Source: an uncultured Nitrososphaerota archaeon (lineage in GTDB: Archaea; Asgardarchaeota; Njordarchaeia; Njordarchaeales; Panguiarchaeaceae). Taken from it: a stretch of DNA of 64,000 bases. This document shows, in pieces, positions 40,040-49,226 of the stretch (position 1 is the first letter of the stretch; every line of letters starts with the position of its first letter). Below the pieces are notes generated by a model. That model made no database searches and had not been told where the DNA came from. It worked only from the letters and a program-made list of their open reading frames with translations. The position numbers were made by a program, and so were the translations under genes. The stretch is taken from contig CAZWPQ010000001.1 in assembly GCA_964636085.1 (NCBI GenBank), positions 32,650 to 96,649 on the forward strand, written 5' to 3'.

Positions 40040-40672
40040 GTGGATATATTTTCTAAACTCAATATGATGCTGGACCGCTTTGAGATAGCAATAAGTACTA
40101 GTGATTTACAATCGATAAATCACATTTTATATCTTATATACAGAGGCTCCAGAAATGTATATAATTACGTATTAAAATCTAAAAAATCAGTCTTCGAAAA
40201 AAGTATACATATACAAAAGATCAGTGCTATATGTGATAGACTGGTAAAATTAATTTCAAGAAACATAAAGAGTATTGCTATTGCAGACATATATGTTCTA
40301 ATAGAGACCATAGGAATGCTATACAGGGCTGGATGCCAATTAATTATAGATAAGCTGTTTCCAATACTATATGGATTGTCTAGGAAGGATCTCAATAGCT
40401 TGGCGCACCTAGCCGATATAATGTTAGAGTGTGGATGTGTCGATTTAGCGTTTAAAGTTTTGACCCAGCTACTAGGGATGAATTATAATTGTCCAGCGGT
40501 TCTGGTCAATTTAGCCATTACAAGCTATATGTTAGGCAATCCAAGAGAGGCTAAACGATATGCGGAGATGTATGAAAATTTAACAAAGAGGCGTCTGGCA
40601 TTAAAAACATCCTTGGCGATTGTATTAGGTGATGTGGAATATATAAGTGCTAGGCGCAACAAGAAACATTAG
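40040..40672 (+). CDS. Alpha-helical TPR-like protein
   Basis: LAHLADIMLECG, LVNLAITSYMLGNPREAKRY repeats. Confidence 0.55.
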   Translation: MDIFSKLNMMLDRFEIAISTSDLQSINHILYLIYRGSRNVYNYVLKSKKSVFEKSIHIQKISAICDRLVKLISRNIKSIAIADIYVLIETIGMLYRAGCQLIIDKLFPILYGLSRKDLNSLAHLADIMLECGCVDLAFKVLTQLLGMNYNCPAVLVNLAITSYMLGNPREAKRYAEMYENLTKRRLALKTSLAIVLGDVEYISARRNKKH

Positions 40673-41256
40673 AGATACTCAAGTAACCTTTTTTTATTTA
40701 ATTCTTCCCATAGAGTCTTTTTCCTTATAATATCAGAAGGAGTTATTACAGAGGCCAAATATGTATCAACTATGATCTCAATGTTGATGATCCAGTCAGG
40801 TTTTTCTAGCGAGACCTCACCATAGTGAATATGTTTTGCGATAAGATCTATAATCCTCCTAGATGAGGCCCCTGATGAGTGCTTCGAGACACGAACACAC
40901 CATTTTCCATCTCCAATTCTTATGGGACCTACCTTAGATATAAAATCCACTATATCATCTAATTTCGTCGACACAATCTCTATAGGGATTATCCTGTGAG
41001 TGTATCTTAAAATCCATGGTTTTTTCAGTAAATATGTTCTTATCGTTCTGATGGCCTTTAGGGCGTCTTCGTTAAATATAACACCAAAAAGCCCTCTGAT
41101 TCCTTTTTTCCGTGTTCTAATAAATACAATATCGATTTCGTTAGAGATGTTAGATACATATAGGCAATGCCAGACCTCCGAGGCAGCATCTAGCTCGTAT
41201 CTGGGATCCGATGTTACGAGAAATTTAGTATTGATAGGAACGATGGAGCTACCCAT
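40669..41256 (-). CDS. Stand-alone THUMP domain protein
   Basis: E.DAASE, RIIPIE, VSLEKPDWIINIEI. Confidence 0.8.
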   Translation of the reverse strand: MGSSIVPINTKFLVTSDPRYELDAASEVWHCLYVSNISNEIDIVFIRTRKKGIRGLFGVIFNEDALKAIRTIRTYLLKKPWILRYTHRIIPIEIVSTKLDDIVDFISKVGPIRIGDGKWCVRVSKHSSGASSRRIIDLIAKHIHYGEVSLEKPDWIINIEIIVDTYLASVITPSDIIRKKTLWEELNKKRLLEYL

Positions 41257-41283
41257 TAAGTGTCACAAGAAATTGCTCAAAAG

Positions 41284-41892
41284 CTAGGGCTTATATGGCC
41301 TCTTTTTTCTTGCTTTTTTTCTAAGAGCTGCACGTCTGGAAGGTCTTACTTTCTCAGCACCTCTACCCTTGTTCCGTAACCCTCTGGCTCTCTTCCCTGC
41401 TGAGGTTAAACCTCGAAACACTCTTCCTCTATTCTTGTTACTAGTAATCCAGTTAAGATTCGGATCGCTTTTTATGACTGGATTATCACGTTCCACAAGG
41501 ATAACCTCATACCATACAAATTGTCCGTCCTCGCCGACCCAATACGAATTTAAAACTTCAGTATTTCTATATTTTCGTGCGGCACGTTCCTCAGCAATCC
41601 ATTGTAGTGACTTTCCAACAGTGTGTCCCTTTATAGCTAAGTGTTTTCCTTTTCGCCCCCTCTTAGGTCTTGGTTTTCTTTGCCCCCCTTTTCTTACCCT
41701 TACCCGTACAAGTATTATCCCCTGTTTAGGTTTCCAACCTAGTGTGCGTGCTCTATATAGGTTTGTTGGTCTCTCGATGCGGACTACGGCGGGTTCTCTG
41801 CGCCAGACGAGTATTCTTTCCTGCATTAGTTTTTCGAACTCCTCTGAATCTTTATTGCTCCAAAACTCTTGAATATATTTGTAAGCGCCCAA
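41284..41892 (-). CDS. rpl15e: Ribosomal protein L15e
   Basis: [30 protein letters not shown]. Confidence 0.97.
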   Translation of the reverse strand: MGAYKYIQEFWSNKDSEEFEKLMQERILVWRREPAVVRIERPTNLYRARTLGWKPKQGIILVRVRVRKGGQRKPRPKRGRKGKHLAIKGHTVGKSLQWIAEERAARKYRNTEVLNSYWVGEDGQFVWYEVILVERDNPVIKSDPNLNWITSNKNRGRVFRGLTSAGKRARGLRNKGRGAEKVRPSRRAALRKKARKKRPYKP

Positions 41893-42031
41893 GGTCTACA
41901 CCGCCTATTTTATCTTTGTTATGTTAAAACTGCTCCACCTTTGATGAATCCATAACCAATAGAAATTTTAGTAATTTAATTAATTTATATCAATCCCATT
42001 TTACCTTACTTATTATGGGAACATAACCTCA

Positions 42032-42129
42032 GCCGGGGTTGCCGAGCTAGGTACGGCGTCGGACTCGAGCAGATTGAGAAATCCGATGGCGTTTTCGCCT
42101 CGCGGGTTCAAATCCCGCCCCCGGCACCA
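42032..42129 (+). tRNA. tRNA-Ser(CGA), 11-nt intron at 37/38 (42070-42080), encoded CCA
   Basis: GCCGGGG/CCCCGGC stem, TCGGA/TCCGA anticodon stem, long variable arm, CTCG/TGAG splice helix. Confidence 0.9.
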
Positions 42130-42132
42130 TAA

Positions 42133-42215
42133 GCGGGGGTTCCGGAGCGGTCAAACGGGCAAGGTTCAGGACCTTGTGGCGTATACCTTCGCGGGTTCAA
42201 ATCCCGCCCCCCGCA
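42133..42215 (+). tRNA. tRNA-Leu(CAG)
   Basis: GCGGGGG/CCCCCGC-A, CAAGG-TTCAGGA-CCTTG, variable arm. Confidence 0.93.
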
Positions 42216-42228
42216 TTTCTATTAGACT

Positions 42229-42990
42229 CTAGTAATCTTCAGGAAGGTATAACATTGGATCTAAAACCACTATGCCGTTGCGCTCTGCGTGTTCCAATTT
42301 GTTTTTTACTTCTTCCACTATATTTCGTAGTTCCCCATATTTTCTAAGCGCATCTCCCGCAACAAAAATCATTATGCCACCACTACTCGTAAGAAACACT
42401 TCAAATTTCATTGGATCATGCATAAAATCTTCAATTATCTTGTTATTACGCGCCACAATCAGCTTAAGTCTGTTATCTACAAGGAAGAAAAAATCCATAT
42501 ATTTGGTATAATCTATTTTAAGATCTAAAATAGAAGATATCTCTACTTTATTCTTAGTATCCCTATCTACTACATAATTAGCCAGCACATTCTCAATTTT
42601 CCTGTACAGTCTCTTAAGCTCAATCTCTAGATAGTCATTTGTCAAGCCATTAGTCTTTATTTTATCGATTGTTTTTCCTATAAGGTTCTCTATTTCAAAT
42701 CTAATGCTTTTTATTTTTTCTATCAAAGCGATATTACTAAAATATGCCACTACAGCATATTTCTTATATTTTCTATCGTATGCAGGATCATAAACCTTGA
42801 ACTGGGCTGACAAAACCAAATATTCTTCTGTCTCCAATATAGCCTTGCCCTCCACATATAGGGCATAATCCGCTATCTGAAAACTAGTACTTATATCTAA
42901 GGGGAAGTCCTTTGGCAAGATTATTGATATTACGGGGCCCTCCACATCATCAAACTCAGCTAATCCAACGAAGAAATCATATTTCTTCAA
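42229..42990 (-). CDS. Longin/uDENN-domain protein (NPRL2/folliculin-like N-terminus)
   Basis: LAEFDDVEGPVI..ILP.DF and FKVYDPAYDRKYKKYAVV. Confidence 0.68.
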   Translation of the reverse strand: MKKYDFFVGLAEFDDVEGPVISIILPKDFPLDISTSFQIADYALYVEGKAILETEEYLVLSAQFKVYDPAYDRKYKKYAVVAYFSNIALIEKIKSIRFEIENLIGKTIDKIKTNGLTNDYLEIELKRLYRKIENVLANYVVDRDTKNKVEISSILDLKIDYTKYMDFFFLVDNRLKLIVARNNKIIEDFMHDPMKFEVFLTSSGGIMIFVAGDALRKYGELRNIVEEVKNKLEHAERNGIVVLDPMLYLPEDY

Positions 42991-43980
42991 TTACCACCCA
43001 CCCAGTACCCCAATATTATTCATAATCCCCACTAGTTTTCTACTCGCTCCGGAAATAATACCTCTTATTACATCAATTTGCTTTTTAGGATTAAACAAGG
43101 AGAAACATATAGGTCGATCATCTATTTTTCTAATACTTATATATGCTTTCGTTGAAGATCCTACATCCATTATTATGTCTATTGATTCATCATCCCCAAC
43201 ACCGAAGATAATATCCCACAGGTCTTTCCTGAAATCCCTAATTATTCTTTTTTCGTGCTCCAAGGACGTCAACAGTTTGGCTGGGATAATAGACAACCAA
43301 GAGCCAATCTTTTCATCTCCTTTCATGGCTAATGGGAAACCCATACTATCACTAATAACTACTGTTCTAGAGCCCGTTAGCTTGGCTAACGTATCTACAA
43401 TATCCTCTAGCGTTTTCATGGGAAGTGCTTTAGGAAGTATTATCTCCCTTACAACCCTAAATAGACTTTCTGGATAATATATGCTGGTATTAAATACATA
43501 TATTCTTATATTGGGGAAGACCGATTTCATTTTCTCTATCATACTTTGCAATATTTTCTCCGCGTTTAGAGCATTAGGTAAGTCCTGCTTATGAGCCAAT
43601 AATGCAATTGTTATGCTATCAATTTTCCTGTCCTTAATAGCGCTTGACATCAGTTTTAATATATCTACGAACTCTTTCAGCATTAACTTTATTCTCTCTC
43701 TTTTCGCCGCTGCGTCCATAACATATAGTATAACAGTATTTTCATCAAGCAAATTTAATAAAAACTCGATATTCGTTCGCTGAAATCTCCTTTGGCCTGG
43801 GGTAACAAATAGTGATATATCTGCCTTTAACACTTTTAGCATGTATTTTTCTACTCTTGTGGAAGGTTCCGTGTTCAACGCTATTGCTCTATCTAGAAAT
43901 ATCAAATATTTCCCTATTGATGTTTTGCCCACATTAGCTTGTCCTATCAAAATGACTTTTAATTTAGCCATATTTATCAC
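42991..43980 (-). CDS. Rag/Gtr-like small GTPase with C-terminal roadblock domain
   Basis: GQANVGKT, PST, VTPGQ, HKQD, TSIY; C-terminal VVISDSMGFPLA. Confidence 0.82.
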   Translation of the reverse strand: MINMAKLKVILIGQANVGKTSIGKYLIFLDRAIALNTEPSTRVEKYMLKVLKADISLFVTPGQRRFQRTNIEFLLNLLDENTVILYVMDAAAKRERIKLMLKEFVDILKLMSSAIKDRKIDSITIALLAHKQDLPNALNAEKILQSMIEKMKSVFPNIRIYVFNTSIYYPESLFRVVREIILPKALPMKTLEDIVDTLAKLTGSRTVVISDSMGFPLAMKGDEKIGSWLSIIPAKLLTSLEHEKRIIRDFRKDLWDIIFGVGDDESIDIIMDVGSSTKAYISIRKIDDRPICFSLFNPKKQIDVIRGIISGASRKLVGIMNNIGVLGGW

Positions 43981-44181
43981 ATTCCCTATTAAGAAATTGT
44001 ATCAATCGAGGGATAACCTGCCAAAAAAATCAGAACATGTTGTGATAAACATAACTAATTTTTTATAACACTCAAGTAAAAGATTTTTTGTTGTATATTA
44101 GCATTAGTAATGAGCAAAATTTGGGCTTCATGTATAGTGATTTTTATTACCTATAATAGCGAATAGCTTGGTGATGAAGAT

Positions 44182-45513
44182 ATGAACGTACGCCAAAAGA
44201 AAACGAAGATTGATTATTCGAAACTCATTGACATATTAAACATTGATATTAATGCACTTAGGACAGCACCAAAAAAACCAACTATGCACATATCTAGTGC
44301 GATCATCGGTACTGCGGGCCATGTGGATCATGGTAAAAGTACTGTTACAGAAGCCCTTACGGGAAAATTCCCAGCCACGCATAGTGAAGAAATACTCCGG
44401 GGAATAACTATATTCTTGGGGTATTCTCACCTAGATATTTTTACTTGTGTTTCAGGAGAGGAACTAAGCTGTCTAATATCCAACTCTACCAAAAAATGCC
44501 CAAGCAGAACATCAATGCATCACATGCGTTGTTATTCTATACTCGACCACCCTGGACACGAAATTTTGATCTCTACAATGCTCTCTGGTGCTTCCCTTAT
44601 AGATTACGGCCTTGTTGTAATAGCAGCTAATGAACCATGTCCAATGCCCCAGACTAGAGAGCACGTTGCTGCCCTTGAAGTCATGGGCATAGATAGAATT
44701 ATATGTGTGCAAAATAAAATAGAACTCGTTGGCCAAGAAAAACTACTAAAACATTATCAACAGATTATCGACTTCTTTGAGAACGAAACGAGATTCGGTA
44801 CACCACCAATAATCCCAGTAAGTGCTGCCCTAAAAATAAATATAGAGCTAATATTGGCCGCTATCCTCCAGTATTTCCCACCCAAAACACCTAATCTTGG
44901 AGGCCCAGCCTTGATGTATATAGCCCGCTCTTTCGACCCAAATAGACCAGGAACCCCCATAAAGAAAATTATTGGAGGCGTTATCGGTGGCGCGCTTAAG
45001 AGCGGCGAATTAAAAGTAGGGGATGAAATAGAGATAAGACCTGGTGTTATTGCCGAGGACGGAGAAATCATGCCTTTGTTCTCAGAAGTAGTAAGTATAC
45101 GCTCTGATGCTGGACAGTCCCTTAAAAAAGCCCAGCCACATATGCTAATTGGAGTAGCCACAACACTCGACCCTGGGCTGGCAAAATCAGATGGGCTTGT
45201 AGGAAATATCGCGGGGAAATCTAAGGATCTGCCGCCTGTGACTGATAAGATAATTGTCAAGAATATAAATATGTTCGAAAAAATAATTGGCACAAGAGTT
45301 GAAAGGAAAAATTATCCGCTCAGAAAAGGAGAGGAGATATTGATAAACGCTGGCACATCCACCGTCGTTGGAGAAATCGACTTCATTCAGGATGACGAGG
45401 CCGAAATTATATTGAGTAGACCCATATGCCTGCCTAAGGAGGAGAGAGTGGCAATACTTAGGGAAATTGACCGTGAATATAGGCTGGTTGGTTACGGCAG
45501 ACTGGACTATTAA
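44182..45513 (+). CDS. eif2g: Translation initiation factor 2 gamma
   Basis: GHVDHGKST, RGITI, DHPGHE, PQTREH, QNKIE, ARSFD.NRPG, GGVIGG. Confidence 0.96.
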   Translation: MNVRQKKTKIDYSKLIDILNIDINALRTAPKKPTMHISSAIIGTAGHVDHGKSTVTEALTGKFPATHSEEILRGITIFLGYSHLDIFTCVSGEELSCLISNSTKKCPSRTSMHHMRCYSILDHPGHEILISTMLSGASLIDYGLVVIAANEPCPMPQTREHVAALEVMGIDRIICVQNKIELVGQEKLLKHYQQIIDFFENETRFGTPPIIPVSAALKINIELILAAILQYFPPKTPNLGGPALMYIARSFDPNRPGTPIKKIIGGVIGGALKSGELKVGDEIEIRPGVIAEDGEIMPLFSEVVSIRSDAGQSLKKAQPHMLIGVATTLDPGLAKSDGLVGNIAGKSKDLPPVTDKIIVKNINMFEKIIGTRVERKNYPLRKGEEILINAGTSTVVGEIDFIQDDEAEIILSRPICLPKEERVAILREIDREYRLVGYGRLDY

Positions 45514-45524
45514 GGACAGTTGAA

Positions 45525-46109
45525 CTATTTCCATAAAAATACCGTGGCGATTTTCTCCATCACAACCTTGATGCCCACACTATCCATTCTTTCTCCCCTC
45601 ATCTTGCTAAGAGTACTCACATAATCTAAGGGAACATCGTATATTGACAATATCTCCCCCAAATTTCCAGCACACTTATCACACTCTACAAAACTAGTGA
45701 TAATCCCTCTTTCAACAAGTTCCTCTAATATCTCCTCGACATCATTTCTTGCAATTATCACAATAACAGCCCATCTATTAGATCTAGACAACAACTCTAG
45801 TACATCCCTAACCTGCGTCCTAGCGAATAAACGCAAACAAAACTGCAGGTTAAGTTTCTTTGCTACATTCTCTCCCCGGAGATAATCCCTCACAGCAAGC
45901 TTAAGAGCATACTCTACTATTTCAATACCTAACACATAACTACACGGAACAAACTGAATCCAAATCCCCCGACGCTCAAAATCAGGGATAAAATTCAGAA
46001 AAGCATCTTTATTTATCTCCCCACAGGTAATTAGGAAATTAAACTTCTCCCCGTTATATGAAATCTTGTCTTTCTTGTAATACTCTTGTAATACGCTAAT
46101 ATTATCCAA
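45525..46109 (-). CDS. cgi121: KEOPS subunit Cgi121
   Basis: IQF...V.G, NVAKKLNLQF.LRL.A.TQV, VMEKIA. Confidence 0.72.
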   Translation of the reverse strand: MDNISVLQEYYKKDKISYNGEKFNFLITCGEINKDAFLNFIPDFERRGIWIQFVPCSYVLGIEIVEYALKLAVRDYLRGENVAKKLNLQFCLRLFARTQVRDVLELLSRSNRWAVIVIIARNDVEEILEELVERGIITSFVECDKCAGNLGEILSIYDVPLDYVSTLSKMRGERMDSVGIKVVMEKIATVFLWK

Positions 46110-46175
46110 TGGAATACACCTACATTATCGGTATTTTTATACTACTCGAGTATTACAGGTATATTGGTGATCCAT

Positions 46176-46388
46176 ATGCAATTACAAGCATCAAATATGA
46201 AATTAATAACCTTGCATATCCCCCAGAAATTCATTGAAGCTCTTGACGAGTTAGTTGCGAGAGGATGGTACCCAAATAGAAGTGAGGCTATCAGAGTTGC
46301 TATACGCGACTTTTTGAGAGAGATGAAGAAGTTTATGTTGAGTGCAGAAAACAGTAGAAGATCTAGTACTGGTATCCAGACACTCTAA
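46176..46388 (+). CDS. Ribbon-helix-helix protein, CdrS-like
   Basis: ITLHIP...LDELV..G.YPNRSEAIRVAIRD. Confidence 0.87.
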   Translation: MQLQASNMKLITLHIPQKFIEALDELVARGWYPNRSEAIRVAIRDFLREMKKFMLSAENSRRSSTGIQTL

Positions 46389-46866
46389 TCCATTTGCGTC
46401 CGCGTAAATAATAACATGTTATATTCCTCCTTCTTAATTTTTTTACTAATTCCATGTCTATTGTGGCTACTGCCGCATTAATTTTGCCAGCCATCCTTGC
46501 AATGATCTCATCATAGTACTCATAAAATTTTAGCCTGTTTTTGATTCTGGCTAATTCTTCGATTATGGCCTTATCCACAGTTATGATCTCTATTTGCATT
46601 CTTCTTATTAGCTCTAGTGCAAAGTCTGCTGCTATTTTTATTTTTCCTTTCTTTCTGTTCCTCAATATTTCAAGCTCCTCTATTGTTGTGTCTAGTACTA
46701 CAAGCCTAGCTCCTTCTGACACCTCCTTGAGTGCTAATTCTATATTTATTGGCATCCTCTTTTTCCCCTTTATTGCATACATTAGTAGGGACGAATCTAT
46801 GATTATTAATCTATCTCTCCGATTTGAAGTGTTCCCATCCTTTCCTCGGTATCTTTTTTCCAGCAT
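46363..46866 (-). CDS. PIN domain protein (Fcf1/Utp24-like)
   Basis: IIDSSLLM, EEL, DE, VATIDMELVKKLR. Confidence 0.8.
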   Translation of the reverse strand: MLEKRYRGKDGNTSNRRDRLIIIDSSLLMYAIKGKKRMPINIELALKEVSEGARLVVLDTTIEELEILRNRKKGKIKIAADFALELIRRMQIEIITVDKAIIEELARIKNRLKFYEYYDEIIARMAGKINAAVATIDMELVKKLRRRNITCYYLRGRKWIRVSGYQY

Positions 46867-47779
46867 AGAAAACCCCCGAACCCTTTTCTACGTATCCTAT
46901 CTTTATTGGTTCCTTGAGGCCCATCGCTCTAAATTTCTCGATCACTGTCTCCTCTGGCTTGTCCGTGGTGAATATTATCTCAAACTCTTCGCCACAATAC
47001 AATGCTAGGCTTAATGGGTCAAGGTTATTCAACTTTGCATATTGATATACTTCAGATGCGACGGGTATCCTATCTAGAATTATGGCTACCCCACTCTTGT
47101 TGGCGATATCATTCAATGAGACAGCTAGACCATCCGATGAATCTATAGCCGCTGTAGCTAATTCCCTCAATACGATCGCTATTTTGGGATTTATCTTTGG
47201 TCTCATATATTCCCGTAGTACTGATTCTATACCTCTTGTTGCAGTTCCAGATTGGAGTAAATAATGTAGAGCAATGGAGGCCACACTAAATTCGTTAGTA
47301 GCCCATACGCTATCTCCCTCCTTTGCTCCACTCCGAGGTATAAACCTGTCCGAAATACCTATGCCAACGCCTGTAATTACAAGGTCTTCGGATCCTCCAA
47401 AGTCCCCTCCAATGTATTTGCATCCATAATACTCACACGCCCTCTTTATACCGTCTAGCAACTCTCTAATATGCTTTATTTCCATATTGCTTGGAGCACT
47501 TATAGAGCACATTAAATATGTGGGTAATCCACTCTTGGCTATTACATCACTAAATGTCATTGTTACTGTTTTCCACCCTATGCTGTAGTAGTCTATACCC
47601 GAGGGCGCGTCCGTACTTTCCACAAATGTGTCCACATTTACTATCATCACCCCTCGGCCACAGGGAAGGGGAAACGCGTCCTCGTCAACAAAGATATTGT
47701 CATTCGATATATATTCAAATATTATCCCCTCTAGAATCCTTCGTTCTCCAAGTTCTGATAGCCTCATCCTATCTTCCAT
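46811..47779 (-). CDS. thiL: Thiamine-monophosphate kinase
   Basis: LGERRI, SDVIAK, GGD, AIDSSDGL, GEEFEIIFT, GWEHF. Confidence 0.92.
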   Translation of the reverse strand: MEDRMRLSELGERRILEGIIFEYISNDNIFVDEDAFPLPCGRGVMIVNVDTFVESTDAPSGIDYYSIGWKTVTMTFSDVIAKSGLPTYLMCSISAPSNMEIKHIRELLDGIKRACEYYGCKYIGGDFGGSEDLVITGVGIGISDRFIPRSGAKEGDSVWATNEFSVASIALHYLLQSGTATRGIESVLREYMRPKINPKIAIVLRELATAAIDSSDGLAVSLNDIANKSGVAIILDRIPVASEVYQYAKLNNLDPLSLALYCGEEFEIIFTTDKPEETVIEKFRAMGLKEPIKIGYVEKGSGVFYAGKKIPRKGWEHFKSER

Positions 47780-48629
47780 ATCTAAGCGACACCATACCTG
47801 CAACTTTTCTTATTCTACTATGCCTCCCCCAAAGTCTTATGAATTTGGTTACGGCATTCGTATACTTTATTTCCACTTCCTCGCCTCTAGCTATTTCTCC
47901 TACTTCCACACCATCCGCTATAAGTATAGCATCCATCCATGTTTCCATGACCTTAACTCTAATAATCGAGTCCGACGGGAATATCATTGGAAAACTGGAC
48001 CTAAATAGTGGTGCTATAGGCGTGACAACGAATGACTCCACGCTTTCTGATACTATCGGCCCACCAACCGATAATGCATAAGAAGAACTCCCAATGGGTG
48101 TCGATATAATTAGGCCATCGCATAGTATCTCCCCCACTTTCTCATTATCCACGCTCATCTCCAAACCCAATATTTTCCCTGGTTTTTTTGTCATGATAAC
48201 ATATTCATTAAGTATTGAGGGGAACGCATGTGCCCCATGTTCTATATGGGCCTTTGCCCTATGTATTGCTATTATATAAAAATCCCCCTTCTCTATCTTA
48301 TCCACACTATTGTAGAATTCAGCGATAGATAATTCGGTTAGGAGGCCAATCTTTCCAAAATTTATCCCAAGAATTGGCTTCTCATATTTTTCTATCTCCC
48401 TTGAGGCATACAAAATTGTGCCATCACCACCCAAGGTTATGACAAAATCACACGATTTTAAGGCCCTATCCTCAGGTGCGGAATCTAAGGTTACTACTTG
48501 AAGAACATTCCAACCCCGTCTCCTTATAAAATTTAAAAAGTTATCCAACTCTACTATAACGTTCTCTTTAGGGGCAACGAATATTACTACATTAGGTTTA
48601 CCTGAGAAGCCCTCTCCTCCGTATTTCAT
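47769..48629 (-). CDS. nadK: NAD kinase
   Basis: LGGDGTIL, GINFG.IG, LNE, DGLIISTPIGSSSY.LS.GGP. Confidence 0.95.
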   Translation of the reverse strand: MKYGGEGFSGKPNVVIFVAPKENVIVELDNFLNFIRRRGWNVLQVVTLDSAPEDRALKSCDFVITLGGDGTILYASREIEKYEKPILGINFGKIGLLTELSIAEFYNSVDKIEKGDFYIIAIHRAKAHIEHGAHAFPSILNEYVIMTKKPGKILGLEMSVDNEKVGEILCDGLIISTPIGSSSYALSVGGPIVSESVESFVVTPIAPLFRSSFPMIFPSDSIIRVKVMETWMDAILIADGVEVGEIARGEEVEIKYTNAVTKFIRLWGRHSRIRKVAGMVSLRYGR

Positions 48630-49107
48630 CTATTATCACACCCACTATTTTCTCGAAATCACCATTACTCGTATCTATTACTACTAGCTTAGATTTCCCA
48701 TAATTCGAAATAGCTTCCCCAAGTATCACCCCGAACCTTTCGGCCTCTAGGTTTTCATCAATTTTATCTTGCGAAAAACCCCTTCTTTCTAGTCTCTCCC
48801 TTAGAACATAAGGCTCACACACCAATACTATACACAAATCAACCCAATCCGATGGCAGCGCCTCCGCACCAATCCCCTCTATGATGACACTTTTCTTTGT
48901 GCTAATAATCCCCCCCAATTTTTTCCTTAGCCTATCCTCGTCTATAATATATGCAGAACGTTGCCTATCATAGCCACAGTATAGCTTGTTCTCTATGACA
49001 AATTTGCTTAAATGTATGACATGGAAACCATAGCTAGATAACATGTCGGCGAATGTAGACTTACCAGTACCTGGGGAACCACATATTGCGATTACCACCA
49101 ACAGCAA
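48598..49107 (-). CDS. Adenylate kinase AK6/Fap7 family
   Basis: GSPGTGKST, RLERRG...KIDENLEAE. Confidence 0.88.
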   Translation of the reverse strand: MLLVVIAICGSPGTGKSTFADMLSSYGFHVIHLSKFVIENKLYCGYDRQRSAYIIDEDRLRKKLGGIISTKKSVIIEGIGAEALPSDWVDLCIVLVCEPYVLRERLERRGFSQDKIDENLEAERFGVILGEAISNYGKSKLVVIDTSNGDFEKIVGVIIDEIRRRGLLR

Positions 49108-49226
49108 TCACCAAGAGTCGAATAATTCACAATCGCCAGTATATAATGCCCTAGGCATTAACATAAACTTATTAATTTAATACAGATGAATTATACTTTA
49201 ATTTGATGTGCCTATGATGATTTAAA

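Noticed and set aside
42032-42129. TCG reassigned to Leu
   Set aside because: TCG encodes conserved Ser in L15e VLNSYW, L44e GRYSK and Mut7-C WIGSH
42032-43980. Integrated element at the tRNA genes
   Set aside because: No integrase or duplicated tRNA 3' end seen in the window
46176-46866. RHH plus PIN as a toxin-antitoxin pair
   Set aside because: Convergent orientation; the PIN resembles the housekeeping Fcf1-like protein usually found near aIF2-gamma
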